A stretch of DNA of 64,000 nucleotides. Origin: Polyangiales bacterium (GTDB lineage: Bacteria > Myxococcota_A > Polyangia > Polyangiales > JADJQN01). Positions within the stretch are counted from its first letter, which is position 1. Each line of letters opens with the position of its first letter. A program made the position numbers and the translations under genes. Of the stretch, positions 33,247 through 44,490 are shown one piece after another. The stretch covers positions 32,001-96,000 of the forward strand of contig CAXNJO010000005.1 of the NCBI GenBank assembly GCA_964202905.1, in the 5' to 3' direction. The notes under the pieces are model-generated. The model made no database searches and was not told the origin of the DNA. It was given only the letters and a program-made list of their open reading frames with translations.

Positions 33247-33277
33247 CGCGGGCCCCGCGTCGCTGTGCAGCGCCGCC

Positions 33278-35566
33278 TCACAGGGACTCCAGGAACGCGA
33301 GCAGCGCCGCGAACGAGGCCGGGTCGAGCGCGCGCGCGCGGCCGTGCCGACCGTCCGGGTCGTGCGTGCGGAAGATCGCGGCGAGCGAGTCGGCGCGGCC
33401 GTCGTGGAGCCAGCGCGCGCGCCCCGCGACGCCGCGCAACGACGGCGTGTCGAGCGAGGCGCCCGGGGCGGCGTGGGCCCGCGGGAAGACGCTGCGCACG
33501 GGGTGCCGACCGAGGTTCGTGAAGGCGGGGAAGGCGTGGCACGTCTCGCAGCCCGCCCGCACGAAGGCGTCGACGCCGCGCCGCTCGGAGGCCGTGACCC
33601 CGGCAGGGCCCGCGCCCTCCCCGGCCGACGCGATGCGCGGCGCGGGCAGCGGGAGCGCGGCGATCCACGCCTCGAGCGTCGCGCCCCGATCGCCCGCGGG
33701 GTCGCGGTAGCCGCGGTAGCGCTGCTCGGCGACCTCGAGCAGGTCCGCGATGCGCGGGTAGCTGCCGTCACGCAGGAACGGCGACGTACCTGCGAGCCCG
33801 GCGAGCGCGAGCGTCGGCGCGAGCGCGCGGCCGCCGATGTTGTGCGCCATGCCGTCGCTGCCGCCGTGCGGGTGACAACTCTGGCAAGCGATGCCCGCGC
33901 GCGTGCCCTCGTAGAACGCGCGCTCGCCATAGCGACGCGCGAGCGCGTCCGGGTCCGCGCGGAGCAGCGCGTGATCGTCGGGCGCGAGGCGCAGGCGCGC
34001 ACGGGGGGCGCCGCTGCGGGCGTCGAGCACGGCGACGAGGCCGCTCGACGGGGAGGTCGCGACGAGCGCCGGGCCGTCGGGAGCGGCGAGCGTGACCACC
34101 GCGTGCGGCGCCGAGAGCCCGAACCGCGCGACGTCGAACGAGCGCGTGGGCGCGCCGAGCGGCGAGACGAGGGCGAGCTCGTCGCTCCCCGCGAAGGCGA
34201 CGAGCCAGGTGCCGTCGCGCCGCGGCGTGACGCCGAGTGGCGAGAGGCCGCGATCGACGTCGCCCGCCGCGTCCTGCCGCGCGCTGCGCGTGGCGGTGAA
34301 GCGCTGCGCGACGAGCGCGAGCGTGCGCGCATCGAGAGTGAGGAGCTGGTCCTGCACGAAGTGGTTGCCGAGGTGCGGGGTGCCCGCGTCGTGCCAGTCG
34401 GTCGCCGCCAGGAGCAGCCGGGCGCCGCCGTCGATCGCGGCGAGGGCCGTGGCGGGTGCGAGCAGCGGGCGCGTGCCGGCGACCCGCAGCGTGTCGCCGT
34501 CGCGCGTGAGTCGCACCAGCGCCGCGGGCGCACGCTGGGCCACGACGAGCGCACGCGCATCGCCGGCGAATTCGAGGAAATCGGGCACGCCGGCGAGGGA
34601 CGCACGCGACGCGATGCGACGCTCAGGAACGTCGACGAGGACGACCTCGCCGCGCACCCCCGCGCGCGGAGCGTCGAGCGCGACCGCGAGGCGCGTCCGG
34701 TCGTCGCTGATCGCGAGGCGCTGCGCGCCGTGGCCGATCGCGAGCGTCGATTCCGCGCGTCCATCGAGCGGCACGATCGCGAGCCGCGCGTCGTGGCGGT
34801 GCACGATCGCGAGCGTCGCGTCGTCGAGCCACGCGCAGTCCGCGGGGCCGTCCCGCGTCGGCAGGCGCACGAGCGCGCCCGCCCCATCGACGACGAGCGC
34901 CTCGTCCGTCTCCTCGCTCGTCGTGCACGCGCGACGCCCGTCGGGCGAGGCGTGCAACACGCACGGATGCGCGAGCGCACGCACGACCGTCACAGGGCGC
35001 GCGTGCGTGTCGCCGTCCACCGCGAGCACCGCGTCGACCTCGCCGCCGCGCGTCGGCGCACCGTGCGCGCGCGGGTCGTAGTCGACGCGGAAGAGCCCAT
35101 GACCGAGCGGCTGCGCGTCGAGCGGGCGCACGCCCGGCGCGAGCGTCACGCGCACGGCGCGCGCGCCCGGAGCGCGCACGAAGAAGCGCTGCGGCCGGTG
35201 ATCGACCACGAGCGGCGGGTGCAGCGCGACCGTGCGCTCGAGACGCAGCCGATCGGCGAGGTGCTCGCCAAATCCGCGAAACGACTCGTGATCGAGGAGC
35301 CCCCCCGCGCGCCCCGTCAGCACCGCGAGCGCGAGCGCGACGAGCGCGAGGCCCCGCACGGGTGCCCCCGACGCCAGACGCGACGTGCCGCGATCGCGCC
35401 GCGACGCCCACTCTGCGGCGAGCCACGCGAGGGCGTACGCGGCGAGCAGCGCGGCGAAGGACGTCGTGTCCCAGAGCAGCGCGCCGAGCGCCGCGAACGC
35501 CGCCGCGAGCGCGAGCACGAGGCCCTGCGCGGTGCCCCGCCCCGTGCCCTTCCACCGCGGATCCAC
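33278..35566 (-). CDS. Membrane-anchored YncE/YVTN-like beta-propeller fused to a di-heme cytochrome c (CcP/MauG-like) domain
   Basis: Three N-terminal TM helices, propeller-blade repeats (SPDGRR, ISDDRTRLAV), CQSCH at 33872-33886, CETCH at 33536-33550, DTPSLRG..WLHDGRA.SL. Confidence 0.78.
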   Translation of the reverse strand: MDPRWKGTGRGTAQGLVLALAAAFAALGALLWDTTSFAALLAAYALAWLAAEWASRRDRGTSRLASGAPVRGLALVALALAVLTGRAGGLLDHESFRGFGEHLADRLRLERTVALHPPLVVDHRPQRFFVRAPGARAVRVTLAPGVRPLDAQPLGHGLFRVDYDPRAHGAPTRGGEVDAVLAVDGDTHARPVTVVRALAHPCVLHASPDGRRACTTSEETDEALVVDGAGALVRLPTRDGPADCAWLDDATLAIVHRHDARLAIVPLDGRAESTLAIGHGAQRLAISDDRTRLAVALDAPRAGVRGEVVLVDVPERRIASRASLAGVPDFLEFAGDARALVVAQRAPAALVRLTRDGDTLRVAGTRPLLAPATALAAIDGGARLLLAATDWHDAGTPHLGNHFVQDQLLTLDARTLALVAQRFTATRSARQDAAGDVDRGLSPLGVTPRRDGTWLVAFAGSDELALVSPLGAPTRSFDVARFGLSAPHAVVTLAAPDGPALVATSPSSGLVAVLDARSGAPRARLRLAPDDHALLRADPDALARRYGERAFYEGTRAGIACQSCHPHGGSDGMAHNIGGRALAPTLALAGLAGTSPFLRDGSYPRIADLLEVAEQRYRGYRDPAGDRGATLEAWIAALPLPAPRIASAGEGAGPAGVTASERRGVDAFVRAGCETCHAFPAFTNLGRHPVRSVFPRAHAAPGASLDTPSLRGVAGRARWLHDGRADSLAAIFRTHDPDGRHGRARALDPASFAALLAFLESL

Positions 35567-35572
35567 GCGCGC

Positions 35573-37597
35573 TCAGCCCCCGTCCCCGTCGCCCGCGTCG
35601 AGCCCCTCGGCGTCGATCCCCTCGAGCGGATCACGGCCGACGCGGTTCGAGCCGTCGAGCGAGCCCACGTCCGCCTGCGTGAGGTCGATCCGCGGCGCGA
35701 AGACCTCCCCGTGGAACGCCGCCGCGACGCGACGCGCGAGCGCGTCCGGGTCGTCGCCGCGACGCGCGCCCGCGGCCCCGCAGCCGAGGACCGCGCCGCC
35801 TGCGCCGACGAGACAGGCACGCCCCGAACGCGACGTCGCTTCGATGCGCACGACGAGCGGGGCCGCGTCGTCGTCCGTGAGGCGCGGCGAGCGGGCGAGC
35901 AGGTCGCGCACCGCCTCGGCGACCTCGCCCGAGACCGCCGCGAAGCGCACGGGCACCGCGACGCCGAGACGACGGAACACGCCCGGATCCGCTTGAAACG
36001 CCGCGTCGAACGCGCGCGCGGCCGCCGCGGGCTCATCTGCGCGCATCGCCGCTTCGGCGACCAGCGCCTGCACCCGCGCGCGGAGGAGCGCCTCCGCGGG
36101 CGGCAGCGCCGCGAGGGCCCGCGCGCCGAGCCGCTGCGCGCGCGCGTCGTCCCCCTGCGCGAGCGCGACCTCGCACTCGAACGCGTCGTAGTACGCGGGT
36201 GCCCGCGCGCGGCGATCCCCGGCCCGCGCCCGCCGCAGGGCCTCGCGGACGACGCCCGCGCCCATCACCTCGACGAGCTCGCCCGCGAGCCACGGCGGCA
36301 TCACCGCGCCGCGCGACGTCCCGATGCGGAAGCTCCCGACGAGCCGCGCGTCGTCGGCGAGCAGCCGCCCCGCCTGCCGGCCGCTCGACCAGCCCTCGAG
36401 GCGGAGCATCGCCGCGCGCGCCGCGAGGAGCGGGCGCCTCCAGAGCGGCTCGGCCGCCGCGTCCTCCGCGAGGATCTCCGCGGAGAGCCGCCGCGCGCTG
36501 CGGTCGAGCAGCGCGACGATCGCGCGGTCCTGCGCAGGGTCGCGGCTGTTGTGCGACCGCCGATCCGGCATGACGAGCGCACGCGCCGTGAGCCGCCGCG
36601 CGTCGTCCGGACGACCGACGACGAGGAAGAAGGCCGCGAGCGCGCGGCGCGACTCGTTGCGATCGGCGTCGCGCGCGTGGGCGGGCCGCTGCGCGCGGTA
36701 ACGCGGGACCTCGCGCAGGGCGCCGAGCGCCTCCGGGAAACGCGCCTCGCGCGTGTAGAGCTCGGCGAGCTCGAGGTGCGGGTTGCCGTACCACGCGACC
36801 GGCGCGCGCGTCGCCTCGAGCCCAAGCTGCTCGGCCTCGTCGAACAGGAAGAGCGAGCGGGACGCCTCCGCGAAGTTCGTGAGGTCGACGGCGCTCACGG
36901 AGCCGGACGCGCGCGCGTCGTCGAGCGCGAGGCGGCAGGCCTCGTAACTCTTCGCGTCGTCGGAGGCCTCGAACTCGATCGCGCAGAGGGCGTTCAGCCC
37001 CACGGCGCGCTCCCAGCCGTCGTCGCTCGCGACGCCCAGCCGCGCCGCACGCCGCGCCTCCTCGAAGCGCCCGAGCTTCATGAGCGGCCACGCGCGATCC
37101 GCGAGCAGATCCGGCTCGTAGAGCTGGTTGTGCCGCGCGAGCCACCCGAGCTTCTCGGCGTGGTGATCGAGGTCGCCCTCCGTCGCGGCGAGCTCGCGCA
37201 GGATCCGCACGTGCCAGCGCCACGGCGCGGAGGTCGGCGGCTCGGCGCCGTGCGCGGCCTCGAAGCGCCGCAGCGCGAGGCGCACCTCGAAGAGCGCGCG
37301 CGGAAAGTTCGCCTCGCCGTAGTGCTGCGCGTGCGCGAGCACGAGGTGCCCCACGTAGGAGCCGGGCCGTGCGCGGACGAGCCGCTCGGCCACCTCGCGC
37401 GCCTTCACGTAGCGCCGGGCGCTCGCGAGCTCCCACGCCTCGAGCTCGTCGTCGCGCGCCGCCTCCGCCGCGTCGGGCGGGGGCATCTCGGGCCACGCGG
37501 GCGCGTCCTGCGCGGAGGCGCCGATCGCGACGAGCAGCGCGCACGCGAATGCGAGGCGCGCACCACGGACCCGGCGGAGGCGCAGCGAGGCGACCAT
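35573..37597 (-). CDS. Secreted TPR-like alpha-helical hypothetical protein
   Basis: Signal peptide ending ASA-Q, helical repeats (RAWPLMKLGRFEEA, HLELAELYTREARFPEAL). Confidence 0.65.
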   Translation of the reverse strand: MVASLRLRRVRGARLAFACALLVAIGASAQDAPAWPEMPPPDAAEAARDDELEAWELASARRYVKAREVAERLVRARPGSYVGHLVLAHAQHYGEANFPRALFEVRLALRRFEAAHGAEPPTSAPWRWHVRILRELAATEGDLDHHAEKLGWLARHNQLYEPDLLADRAWPLMKLGRFEEARRAARLGVASDDGWERAVGLNALCAIEFEASDDAKSYEACRLALDDARASGSVSAVDLTNFAEASRSLFLFDEAEQLGLEATRAPVAWYGNPHLELAELYTREARFPEALGALREVPRYRAQRPAHARDADRNESRRALAAFFLVVGRPDDARRLTARALVMPDRRSHNSRDPAQDRAIVALLDRSARRLSAEILAEDAAAEPLWRRPLLAARAAMLRLEGWSSGRQAGRLLADDARLVGSFRIGTSRGAVMPPWLAGELVEVMGAGVVREALRRARAGDRRARAPAYYDAFECEVALAQGDDARAQRLGARALAALPPAEALLRARVQALVAEAAMRADEPAAAARAFDAAFQADPGVFRRLGVAVPVRFAAVSGEVAEAVRDLLARSPRLTDDDAAPLVVRIEATSRSGRACLVGAGGAVLGCGAAGARRGDDPDALARRVAAAFHGEVFAPRIDLTQADVGSLDGSNRVGRDPLEGIDAEGLDAGDGDGG

Positions 37598-37601
37598 GCG
37601 C

Positions 37602-38660
37602 CTACCGCCTCAGGGACGCGCGCGCGAGGCGCTCGACGATGGCCGCGGTGTGCTCGCGGACGACGGCCGCGGCGTCCTCGACGCCGGGGACGCACTCGAT
37701 GCGGTGCGCGAAGACGTGCGGCGCGAGCGCCTCGAGGTCCTCCGGCGCGACGAAGTCTCGCCCGTGCACCGCGGCGCGCGCCTGCAGCGCCGGCATCAGC
37801 AGCACGAGCGAGCGCGTCGACGCGCCCTGCAGCACGCGCCGATCCGCCCGCAGCGCGCGCGCGAGATCGACGAGCCCCTCGCGCACCACCGGGGCGATCG
37901 CGACCCCGACGCGCAGCGCGCGCCGCGCGGCGACGAGCTCCCCGCGCGTGACGCCCGGGAGCGTGGCCGCCGTGCCGAGCCCCTGCGCGGGGTACGCGCC
38001 GAGCACGTCGAGCTCCGCGTCGCGGTCGATGTGCGTCATCGCGATCTTGAAGAGGAAGCGGTCGAGCTGGGGCGTCGGGAGCGGATACGTGCCCGCGACG
38101 TCGAGCGGGTTCTGCGTCGCGATCACGAAGAAGAGCTCGTCGAGGGCGTGCGTGCGGTCGTCGATCGTCACCTGCTTCTCGGCCATCGCCTCGAGCAGCG
38201 CCGCCTGCACCTTGGGCGACGTGCGGTTGATCTCGTCGGCGAGCAGGACGTGCGCGAACACGGGCCCGCGCCGCAGCTCGAACGCGCTCCGCGCGACCTC
38301 GAAGACGCTCGTGCCGGTGATGTCGCTCGGCAGCAGATCCGGGGTGAACTGCACGCGCCGGAAGGGGGCGATCCCCGGCACGGACGCCTCGTCGCCGAGC
38401 GCCTCGCCGAGCGCGCGCGCGAGGGTCGTCTTGCCGGAGCCGGGATAGTCCTCGAGGAGCACGTGCCCGTCCGCGAGCAGCGCGACGACGACGAGCTCGA
38501 TCACGTCGTCGCGCCCCTTCACCGCGGCGCGCAGGCGCGCCATCAGCCGCGCGGCGAGCGCGGTGATCGCGCCGAGCGGGAGCCCAGCGACGATGGGCGC
38601 GGGGTGAGACGGGGCTGCATGCGGCTGGGCGGCGGCGGGCTGGGCGGCGGCGTCGGTCAT
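37602..38660 (-). CDS. MoxR family AAA+ ATPase
   Basis: GHVLLEDYPGSGKTTLA, RVQFTPDLLPSDITG, LLADEINRTSPKVQAALLEAM, ATQNP, PQLDRF. Confidence 0.96.
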   Translation of the reverse strand: MTDAAAQPAAAQPHAAPSHPAPIVAGLPLGAITALAARLMARLRAAVKGRDDVIELVVVALLADGHVLLEDYPGSGKTTLARALGEALGDEASVPGIAPFRRVQFTPDLLPSDITGTSVFEVARSAFELRRGPVFAHVLLADEINRTSPKVQAALLEAMAEKQVTIDDRTHALDELFFVIATQNPLDVAGTYPLPTPQLDRFLFKIAMTHIDRDAELDVLGAYPAQGLGTAATLPGVTRGELVAARRALRVGVAIAPVVREGLVDLARALRADRRVLQGASTRSLVLLMPALQARAAVHGRDFVAPEDLEALAPHVFAHRIECVPGVEDAAAVVREHTAAIVERLARASLRR

Positions 38661-38693
38661 GGAATCGGGAGTCCTTGGAACGCGGTGAGGAGG

Positions 38694-40921
38694 CTAACGA
38701 ACGCGGAGAAAGCTCCACGGCTCGAGCAGACCGAGCGCGCGGCGATGCCAGGGGACGGCGCGGCGCAGCTCACGCGCGACGGCGCGGGCGAGCGCGCGGA
38801 GGGCGCGTGCGTCCGGGGGCGTCCCGCCGAAGCGCGCCGCGAGGTGGCCGCGCGTGAGCACGGGAAGGCTCGGCAGCGGGCCCGCGAGCCGGCGCGCGAA
38901 GGCCTCGCGCGACTCACCCGCACGCCGCGCGAGGCCGGCCTCGGCGAGCCGATCGAGCGCGGCGCGGTACGCCACGCGCGGCAGCGCGGCCTCCGACGCG
39001 AACCGCGGCGCGGCGCGGCGCCAGAGCTTCGCCGCGTAGAGCAGGCAGAGCGCGGCGAGCAGGGCCGCGCCGCCGTACATGCCGAGCGAGCGGCCCGCGC
39101 GCCGCGCGAGCGCCACGAGCTGCTCGGGCGCGGGTCCGCCGTCCGTGGGCAGCGGCACCTCACCGCGCGCGAGTTCGCCGAGCAGCCGCTGGAGATCCGG
39201 GTCCGGCGGGCCCGGCGGCGGGTCGAGGCTGCGCTCGGGCGCGACGTCCGTGATGACCCACCCGACGCCCTCCAGGTAGACCTCGGGCCACGCGTGCGAG
39301 GTGTCGCCGGTGATGAGGATCGCGCTCCCGCCCTGCCGCGCGCCCTCGTCGACGACGTAGCCCGCCGCGACGCGTGCGGGCACGCCGACGCTGCGCATCA
39401 GGTACGCGGCGGCGTGCGCGAAGTGCACGCAGTAGCCCGTCTTGTCGCCGAAGAGGAAGTGCGCCGTCGGGTCCTCGGCGCCTGCGTGCCGGCTGCGCAG
39501 CGAATACGTGCCCTCGTGGCCGAGCCAGCTCGTGATCGCGAGCGCGCGGGCCAGCGGATCCCCGCGGAGCGGCTCGGGCAGCGTCGCGACGATCGTGCGG
39601 GCGAGCGCCCCGTAGCGCGGGTCGGCGGGACCGCTCGTGTAATAGGCGCGCTGCTCCGCCGACCACGCGGGCGAGCCCGAGGGCAGGCCGAGGAGCAGGC
39701 GCGCGTCGCTCGTGAGCGCGCTGCTCGTGACCTCGTAGGTGCGCTTGAAGCGGCCGGGATCGGGGTTCGACGCGGGTGCGAGCTCGACGGGCGCCTCGAG
39801 GCCGAAGGGCCGCGCGTGCTCGGCGAGCAGCGCGACCGTCGTGCGCAGCGTCGCGCGATCCGAGCCGCTCGGCGGGCCCTCGTCGAGCACGGTGCGCTCG
39901 GTCGGGAAGCCGCGCGCGAGGTCGCGATCGACGTCGCTGCGCGTCGCGCCGACGAGCCGACGGCCGTTGTAGTGGCTGAACGCGCTCTGGCGGAAGTAGT
40001 AGTTCCCCGTCGGCGGCGCGTACTCGTCGTGCAGCAGCACGACCGCGACGGGCACCTGCCGCGCGGAAGGCCCGTAGTCGTCGCGGAACTCGAGGTCCTC
40101 GCTCGCGCGCCGCGGCCGCCCGCCCGCCTGCGAGGGTTGCGCGCGACCGTCGCCGTCACCGCGGAGGCCGAGCCCGCTGCCGGTCTGCGGCGGCGCGGGC
40201 AGCCCCACCCGCGCGGTCACCGCGAGCAGCCCCGCGAGCAGCGCCGCGAGCAGCCCGAGGCCGAAGAGGGCGCGGGGCGCGCTGCGCTCGGAGAGCAGCA
40301 GCACCACCACGACGCCGACCGCCGCCGCGCCGACCGCGAGGATCGCGAGGCTCGGATCGCCGCCGCGCGCGAGGATCGGATCGGCGAGCTCGAAGGGCCG
40401 GTTGATCGCGCCGTTTCGGTGCGCCACGACGAGCTGCGCGAACGCGAGCGCCACGGCGCCCGCCTCCACCACCGCGAGCGCCCGCGCGCGGGTCGCCGCC
40501 ACGCGGAGCGCGGCACACACGACGAGGGCGCCCGGTCCGAAGACGAGCGCATCGCCCACGCGGAGCGCGCGCGCCGGGCCGAGCCAGCGCGCGAGCGCGT
40601 CGCCGTCGACGACGAGTCCGGCCACGAGCAGCACCGCGAGCAGCCCCACCCCCGCGAGCGCGAGCAGCGGGACGAGCCGCAGCCGCGCAGCCGCGATCCA
40701 CCGGGCCGAAAGCGCCCCGAGTGCGCCGCCGACCGCGGCCGCGACCACGCCCTCCTCGACCGCGAGTGGCCACGCGAAGACGCCCGCGGCGAGCGCGTGC
40801 ACGAGCACCCGCAGCGCCGTCGCGAGCCACGGCTCTGCCGGGCGCGTCCCCTCGGCGCGCGCGCGCGCGCCACCTCCGCATCGGCGTCCGCGCCACCCGC
40901 TGCGCCGTCGCCCCTGCTCAC
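38694..40921 (-). CDS. Membrane transglutaminase-like (TgpA-type) protein; probable frame break in the GC run near 40860
   Basis: Multiple N-terminal TMs, YFR..AF..YNG, GYCVHFAHA (Cys), ARVAAGY, HAWPEVYLEGVGW..D (His, Asp); a GTG overlapping the DUF58 stop is out of frame with the main ORF. Confidence 0.85.
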
Positions 40922-42261
40922 GCCGCCTCCGAGCGCGCGTCGCGACCGCGCGCCTGCGCCCACGCGACCAGCGCGCGCCGCTGCGCCTCGCCGAGCGCAC
41001 GCCCCGACGCACGGTCGAGCAGCAGCACGTCCGCGCGCACCGACGCGAGCGCGCGCAGCACCGCCTCGAGCCCATCGGCGGGCGTCTCCGGGGCCACCCG
41101 CGGCACCGCGAGCCAGCGCGCGAAGCGGGCCCGCAACGGACGCGCAGGCGCCCCCGGCGCGACGGCGTCGATCGCGACCACCACGCGCGCGCCCCGCCGC
41201 CGCGCGAGCACCGCGAGCACCCGCGGGAGCCACGGACCGGGCTCCGGCGGCGCGAAGATCACGAGGCTCGCGGGCCCTTCCCGCTCGGCGCGCGCCGCGA
41301 ACGCAGCGAGCCCCGCGCCGCCCGCCTCGCGCGACGCAGCGCTGCGCACGACGAGCGCGACCGCGTCGGCGACGCGCGACGTGCCCGCGGCCTCGCCGCC
41401 GTCCGCGCCGAAGACCCAGTCGCCGCCGAGCGCCCCCTGCTCGATCGCGAGCCGCGCGGCGCCCGCCGTCGCGTCGTCGCCCTCGCCCGCGACGAGGTAC
41501 GCGACCGTGCGCCGCGCCTCGACGAGCGCGCGCTCGTGCCGACGCACCATGACCTTCCCCGTCCGCGCGAACACCTTCCAGTGGATGAAGCGCGCGGGGT
41601 CGCCGGGCGCGTAGCGGCGCAGCTCGATCCGATCGCCCTCCTCGGCGCCGAGCGGATGCGGCCGATCGTCCCCGCCCGCGAGCGACGCGAGCACCGGCAC
41701 CGCACGCAACGCGCCGACCCCCGGCAACACCTCGACGGGCGCGGCGTCCGCGACGCGCAGCGCGACCCGCGCGAGGCCGAGCGCGTCTCCGAGGATCACG
41801 CGCCGCAGCACGCCGGGGTGCGCGCCGCGGTCGTCGGCGACGACCTCCTCGTCGATCCGCCCGAAGCGGCGCCGCGGCCGCACGACCACGCGCGCCGGGC
41901 GCTCCCACGCCCACGACACCTGCACGAGCGGCAGCCACCACAGCGACGGCAGCGCGAAGCCGGTGGCCGCGGGGCGCCGCGTCTCGAGCCGCAACCCCGC
42001 GGGCGCCGCGACCTCCCACGTACGGCGCCGCAGCGCGAGACGGAGCGCGAGCGCGCCGAGCCCGACGAGCAACGCCGCGAGCACCGGCAGCGCCAGCCCC
42101 GCGTAGCCCGCGATGAGCAGCACGAGGTCCTGCTCACCGACCCCGAGCGCCCGCAGCGCGAGCCCCGCCGCGCCCGCGAGCAGCAGGCCGAGCGGCGTCG
42201 GCGGCAGCACGTCGACGACGCGCCCCGTGACCCGGCGCGCCGCGCGCGCAACGCGCGTCAA
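40918..42261 (-). CDS. DUF58 domain protein (MoxR-associated)
   Basis: N-terminal TMs, RG......GDALGL, LRRYAPGDPARFIHWKVFARTGKVMVR; TTG start inferred. Confidence 0.88.
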   Translation of the reverse strand: MTRVARAARRVTGRVVDVLPPTPLGLLLAGAAGLALRALGVGEQDLVLLIAGYAGLALPVLAALLVGLGALALRLALRRRTWEVAAPAGLRLETRRPAATGFALPSLWWLPLVQVSWAWERPARVVVRPRRRFGRIDEEVVADDRGAHPGVLRRVILGDALGLARVALRVADAAPVEVLPGVGALRAVPVLASLAGGDDRPHPLGAEEGDRIELRRYAPGDPARFIHWKVFARTGKVMVRRHERALVEARRTVAYLVAGEGDDATAGAARLAIEQGALGGDWVFGADGGEAAGTSRVADAVALVVRSAASREAGGAGLAAFAARAEREGPASLVIFAPPEPGPWLPRVLAVLARRRGARVVVAIDAVAPGAPARPLRARFARWLAVPRVAPETPADGLEAVLRALASVRADVLLLDRASGRALGEAQRRALVAWAQARGRDARSEAA

Positions 42262-42382
42262 GCCCGCCCCCCACCGCGCTGAACGCTCGCTCCGCATCGA
42301 CGGCTCCGCGCAGCCTGACACCCCGCCCCGCCCGTGCCAGTACCGCGCCCCGCGCGCGCTGCGGCTCGGATACCATCGCGCC

Positions 42383-44459
<2,077 letters not shown>

Positions 44460-44490
44460 CGCCGACACACACCCGTGGCCGCGTGGGCGC

